A stretch of DNA of 64,000 bases from Lepidodermella squamata (taxonomy: Eukaryota; Animalia; Gastrotricha), in assembly GCA_047495785.1 (NCBI GenBank), contig JBLDXI010000030.1, positions 1,426,001 to 1,490,000 on the forward strand, given 5' to 3'. Shown here one piece after another: positions 60,312-64,000 of this stretch (position 1 is the stretch's first letter; each line of letters begins with the position of its first letter). Under the pieces are notes generated by a model that was given only the letters and a program-made list of their open reading frames with translations, was not told the DNA's origin and made no database searches. Position numbers and translations under genes: made by a program.

Positions 60312-63300
60312 ATGCTCATTAGACCTAGGAATATCGCTTGCATATGCTTGTTAATCAAATTAGCCGAATCTGCATGCGGACCGCGAGGATTAGCCGGGCC
60401 ACCTGGCTCGCCTTGCTCTCTAGTTCCTATCGGAGAAATCTCCGGCGATCCTAAACCTCTAATTGGCGGTACCTACGACAATGGGGATCCTTTCAATGGT
60501 TTTAAAACTCCAGCCACAACTACACCCTCGATTGATATCTACGATGACAACAGTGTTTTTGTTGGCGATCATTCTCGATTTCCTGATGTCGATGCAGCGA
60601 CTTATTTCGGTAGCAGAACCAGCAGCGAAGCAATTTGCCCAATGCTTCCCTTTGACTTGAGTGACTCAGCCTTCCCTGCAGGGACTGTTATCTCAATCAC
60701 ATGTCCCGAGGGTTACGAATTCGTGCCAAGTGATGGCAATGTGAAGACGGATCGGCCTATCAGAACAGCGAGTTCTTCGTGTCTAATGGACGCAGTTTGG
60801 TCTTCAAATCCGATTGGAACCTGTAAGAAGCGGGTTGTAGTCAGGTTTTGTGCTGAGCCCGAGCCGATACTGAATGGCGTAGTCTCGGAGAGGATGATTG
60901 TGAAAGTGGAAACGTTGGAGTCGCAGCGTTTGTTTCATTTTCAAACTGAGCCGCCGATGGTGCACAAGGCCAAGTCGCATGGCAACCGTCACCCGGGTCC
61001 TCAGCCGATTTATGAAGTTGTTGATGGTTCGGAAAATCATCGTTACACTATTGGCAGCTACTTGCGCTACTCGTGCAATCATGGATTCAGACTTCAAGGT
61101 ATATTTTGATATAATATCTGATACTATATAGGCCAAGGGCTTCTCAACACCTGGCACTTTACAATTTACAACCCAATAATCAGAATTCTTACCATGTTGC
61201 AACCACTGCCGATTTTTATCGGTTTTTTTTAGTGCAGGAAAATATGCCCTGAATTCTGAAATTCTGCGTCAAAGAGATTAAATATCATATCTCTATCCAT
61301 TTACATCAATTTTCAAATAATTTCTTAAACCTTTTACATTCTGTCATCAGGCGACCCCCGCGACCTTGAAAAAATGAATAGGACAATGCAGCCTTGTTAT
61401 CATTGCTAAAAACCCATTTTTTCCTCACTCGCAAAAATCGTATTTTTGCCTCGAGCAGATGAATTTCCCGCTAGTTTCGATTCCTTACTGCTATTACTGC
61501 TAGGTCCCAAAGGACAGGAATTTTCAACTCGAAAATCTTCACTATCTGCTTAATGAAATTCCGACCCGGATCATTAGCGACCTTGCTATGAGGCTTTATA
61601 TTGTAAAACCTGGGTAATCTTTCAAGAGTTCATTTCTGTTTTGCTCGCTTTTTGCAGCAATCCCTCTATAGACGCGTTCTAGTTAAAGGAACGTTCTCTT
61701 TCTGAGGCTGTTTACGAGCGAAAAGGATTTGTGCCCCAGATGGTGCCATTATTTTTGCTTTTTCGTAATAAATGTACGGCGAATTTGATAACAGCACCTT
61801 TTTTATAAGACCGGGTCTGGCTTTATCGAGGGAGCACTGTATTTTGAAATTGAGAAAACATACTGCGATTTAGCGATTGTGATTGAAAGTTGAAAAAACG
61901 GGCTAAAAGCTTGACAATAATTTGGAAAATTCATGAAATTTTGTATATTTTCCCTTCATTTGCAGGTTCGAGCGACCGGATTTATTGCAAGTACCCTGAT
62001 TGGACCGTGGCTCCAACCTGTGCCCGAATCTGCTACGCCCCAGACACGCCAGCATACGCCGTCATCGACCGGCAACTCACAACCGAAGACGGCTTCGAGT
62101 TCCAAGTCAACGGCTACATCACCTACAAATGCATCGACGAATCGTACACGCTAGTCGGAAGCGAAAAAATCACTTGCCTATCAAACGGCAGCTGGTCGGG
62201 CAACATGCCATTCTGCAGGCCGAGAAAGGTCAACAAACCTCCGCCTGTTGTTGAATGCGTCACGCCAGTTCCCCCTGATAATGCCGTAGTAGTGTCCCAA
62301 GTCATTGGCCAACATCCAGACCACCACCCGGTTCAGGGTTATATTCGATACAAATGCCTGCCTGGCTACGAATTCACCCCAGGGTCTCAGGCAACACTCA
62401 CCTGCCAACCAGATGGTAGCTGGAACTACCCGGCTCCGATATGTAGACTAACAGTCATCACTACGCCAACGCCTCCTTTCGAATGCGAGGGGCCTGCTAT
62501 CCCAATCAATGGAATGATTCATCGCCAATTGACATCATCCAGGGTTAACTACCGATACCCAGTCGGAGGTTTTATCGAATATGGCTGTGAGGACCGGTAC
62601 GAATTGTTCGGAGATCGGACGATAACCTGTACGCTATCAGGCTGGTCCTCATCGCCTCCGGTTTGTAGGATGACATGCCCTGAGCCACATCTATCAGGAG
62701 CGCCGAACATCTATATCAAGTCTCAGCCGGATCAACGTTCGCCGAGTGGATTTTACATGGTGGATAGTGAATTTACGTTGGATTGTGCGAATGGTACTAC
62801 GTTGGTGAATGGGTCGCTGACGATCAAGTGTATGGAGAACGGCAAATGGCATCCGCAACACTTGAGGCCGATTTGCAGGTCAAAGAACTTGGTCCAGGAG
62901 ACAAAGACTTGTAAGTCCATTTTGTATACGCATTGGAATAGGTTTTCGGGGAATAACAAGGCGTCTATAGTCTAGAGGAACGAAATGAAAAAATGCGCTA
63001 AATTGCAGATTATTCCTAATATTCCTCAATTTCGAAATTAGGGAAATTGGAAAATTGCAGAACATTTATAATGTTTGAAATGAAATGTATATTAGGTTCT
63101 CCAAAATCTTGCAATTTTTATGTACGAAATTCCCAGAAATTCCATTACGAAATTATGTACGAATTTGAACATTGCGGATTTACCAAGAAGTCTAAGACCA
63201 AGATTTATATCTTAGACTTATAAATGCCTTCCACGACTTTTACTTGGAAAGGTCCCGTCGCCGGTACCAGCCTCTTCGATCTCAATCATTTTATGCAAGT

Positions 63301-64000
63301 TGATGGATAGTCCGCGGTATTTCTAAAATTATCCTCCCTAATCCTCTTGAGGGTATCACATAAGCTATAATGATCCACTAAGTCTAATTGTTATTTTTTA
63401 TTCGTATTTTGGCGCTTCTTGTCGCTAAAATTGAGTTCGGCCGATGGTGAGTGTTTCGCTAATAGGAAATTGGGCAATAAAAATTGGTCAAAAACACGAA
63501 AGACAAGTCAGCCTGTACGTTACGCAGTTTTCAAAAAATTTAAAAAATTACAGGAATCATTTTCTGAACCATTTTTTGGCCTAAATATTTGCTTGAATCC
63601 ATTAAAAACCAATAAAAATAAGTTTGGCATTAAAAAAATTAAGGATTGCGATGGCCGGCGCCATTACGGCGTACGGTTGGAGAATTCATAGGAATTTATC
63701 CTTCATAGGTTGTTTTTCTGGGAAAATATTAAAATAAATAATTATGAGCTAATTTACTAATCATTTTTCAGGTTATCAACTAATTAATTTATAATTAATT
63801 AAAAATATTGAATAACCATCATGGATTCTTCATAATGAATACTCGTGGAAACATTTTGAAATTATAATTTGAGAAAATCTCTAAAATGTATCATTTCAGT
63901 ATGTGGCGAGCCACCGGCTATGAAATGGGGCTACATCGTCCAGTGCTCACAGCTTCCAACCAACGGCCGTTATCCACTCGGAACAACAGTGGCCTATTCT
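60312..64000 (+). CDS. Secreted or membrane Sushi/CCP-repeat protein, partial; exons 60312-61098, 61966-62910, 63900-beyond 64000
   Basis: Signal peptide, about six complete CCP modules (C..P....G....Y.C..GY.L.G...I.C...G.WS...P.C) and the start of a seventh (CGEPPAMKWG) at the window edge; phase-1 introns. Confidence 0.88.

Noticed and set aside
13996-62975. ORF-track starts and ends taken literally (e.g. 14904, 17415, 22322, 24101, 32875, 48933, 61890)
   Set aside because: Many use non-ATG starts or run into introns; gene models were rebuilt from ATG, signal peptide and GT-AG evidence.

Overview
This is eukaryotic (animal, probably invertebrate) genomic DNA with short GT-AG introns, many of them 39-60 bp. 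It is not prokaryotic, and no rRNA, tRNA or CRISPR array was recognised. The window is dominated by lineage-specific gene families for surface and secreted proteins. There are five intact and one pseudogenised highly divergent Cys-loop (nAChR-like) ion-channel subunits; they lack the ACh-binding signature and most of the intracellular loop, and three intact ones have a C-X14-C loop. There are also two GABA-B-like class C GPCRs, one orphan class A GPCR and three plant-SABATH-like (Methyltransf_7) small-molecule methyltransferases, one with a degenerate SAM motif. Other genes encode a signal-peptide-bearing ankyrin-repeat protein plus a truncated twin, two mucin-tailed secreted proteins, a Cys-rich probably GPI-anchored protein, a three-repeat PAN/apple-like protein and a Sushi/CCP protein that runs off the window end. 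Several non-autonomous DNA transposons have readable TIRs and TSDs (P-like, hAT, Mutator-like, Tc1/mariner, an internally deleted Ginger2). An R2-like fragment and a 1067-bp tandem duplication are also present. The best candidate for a novel system is a chemosensory/small-molecule-signalling gene neighbourhood of orphan pLGICs, orphan GPCRs and SABATH methyltransferases; any functional link among them is inference. Exon coordinates were derived by hand and no database searches were run.
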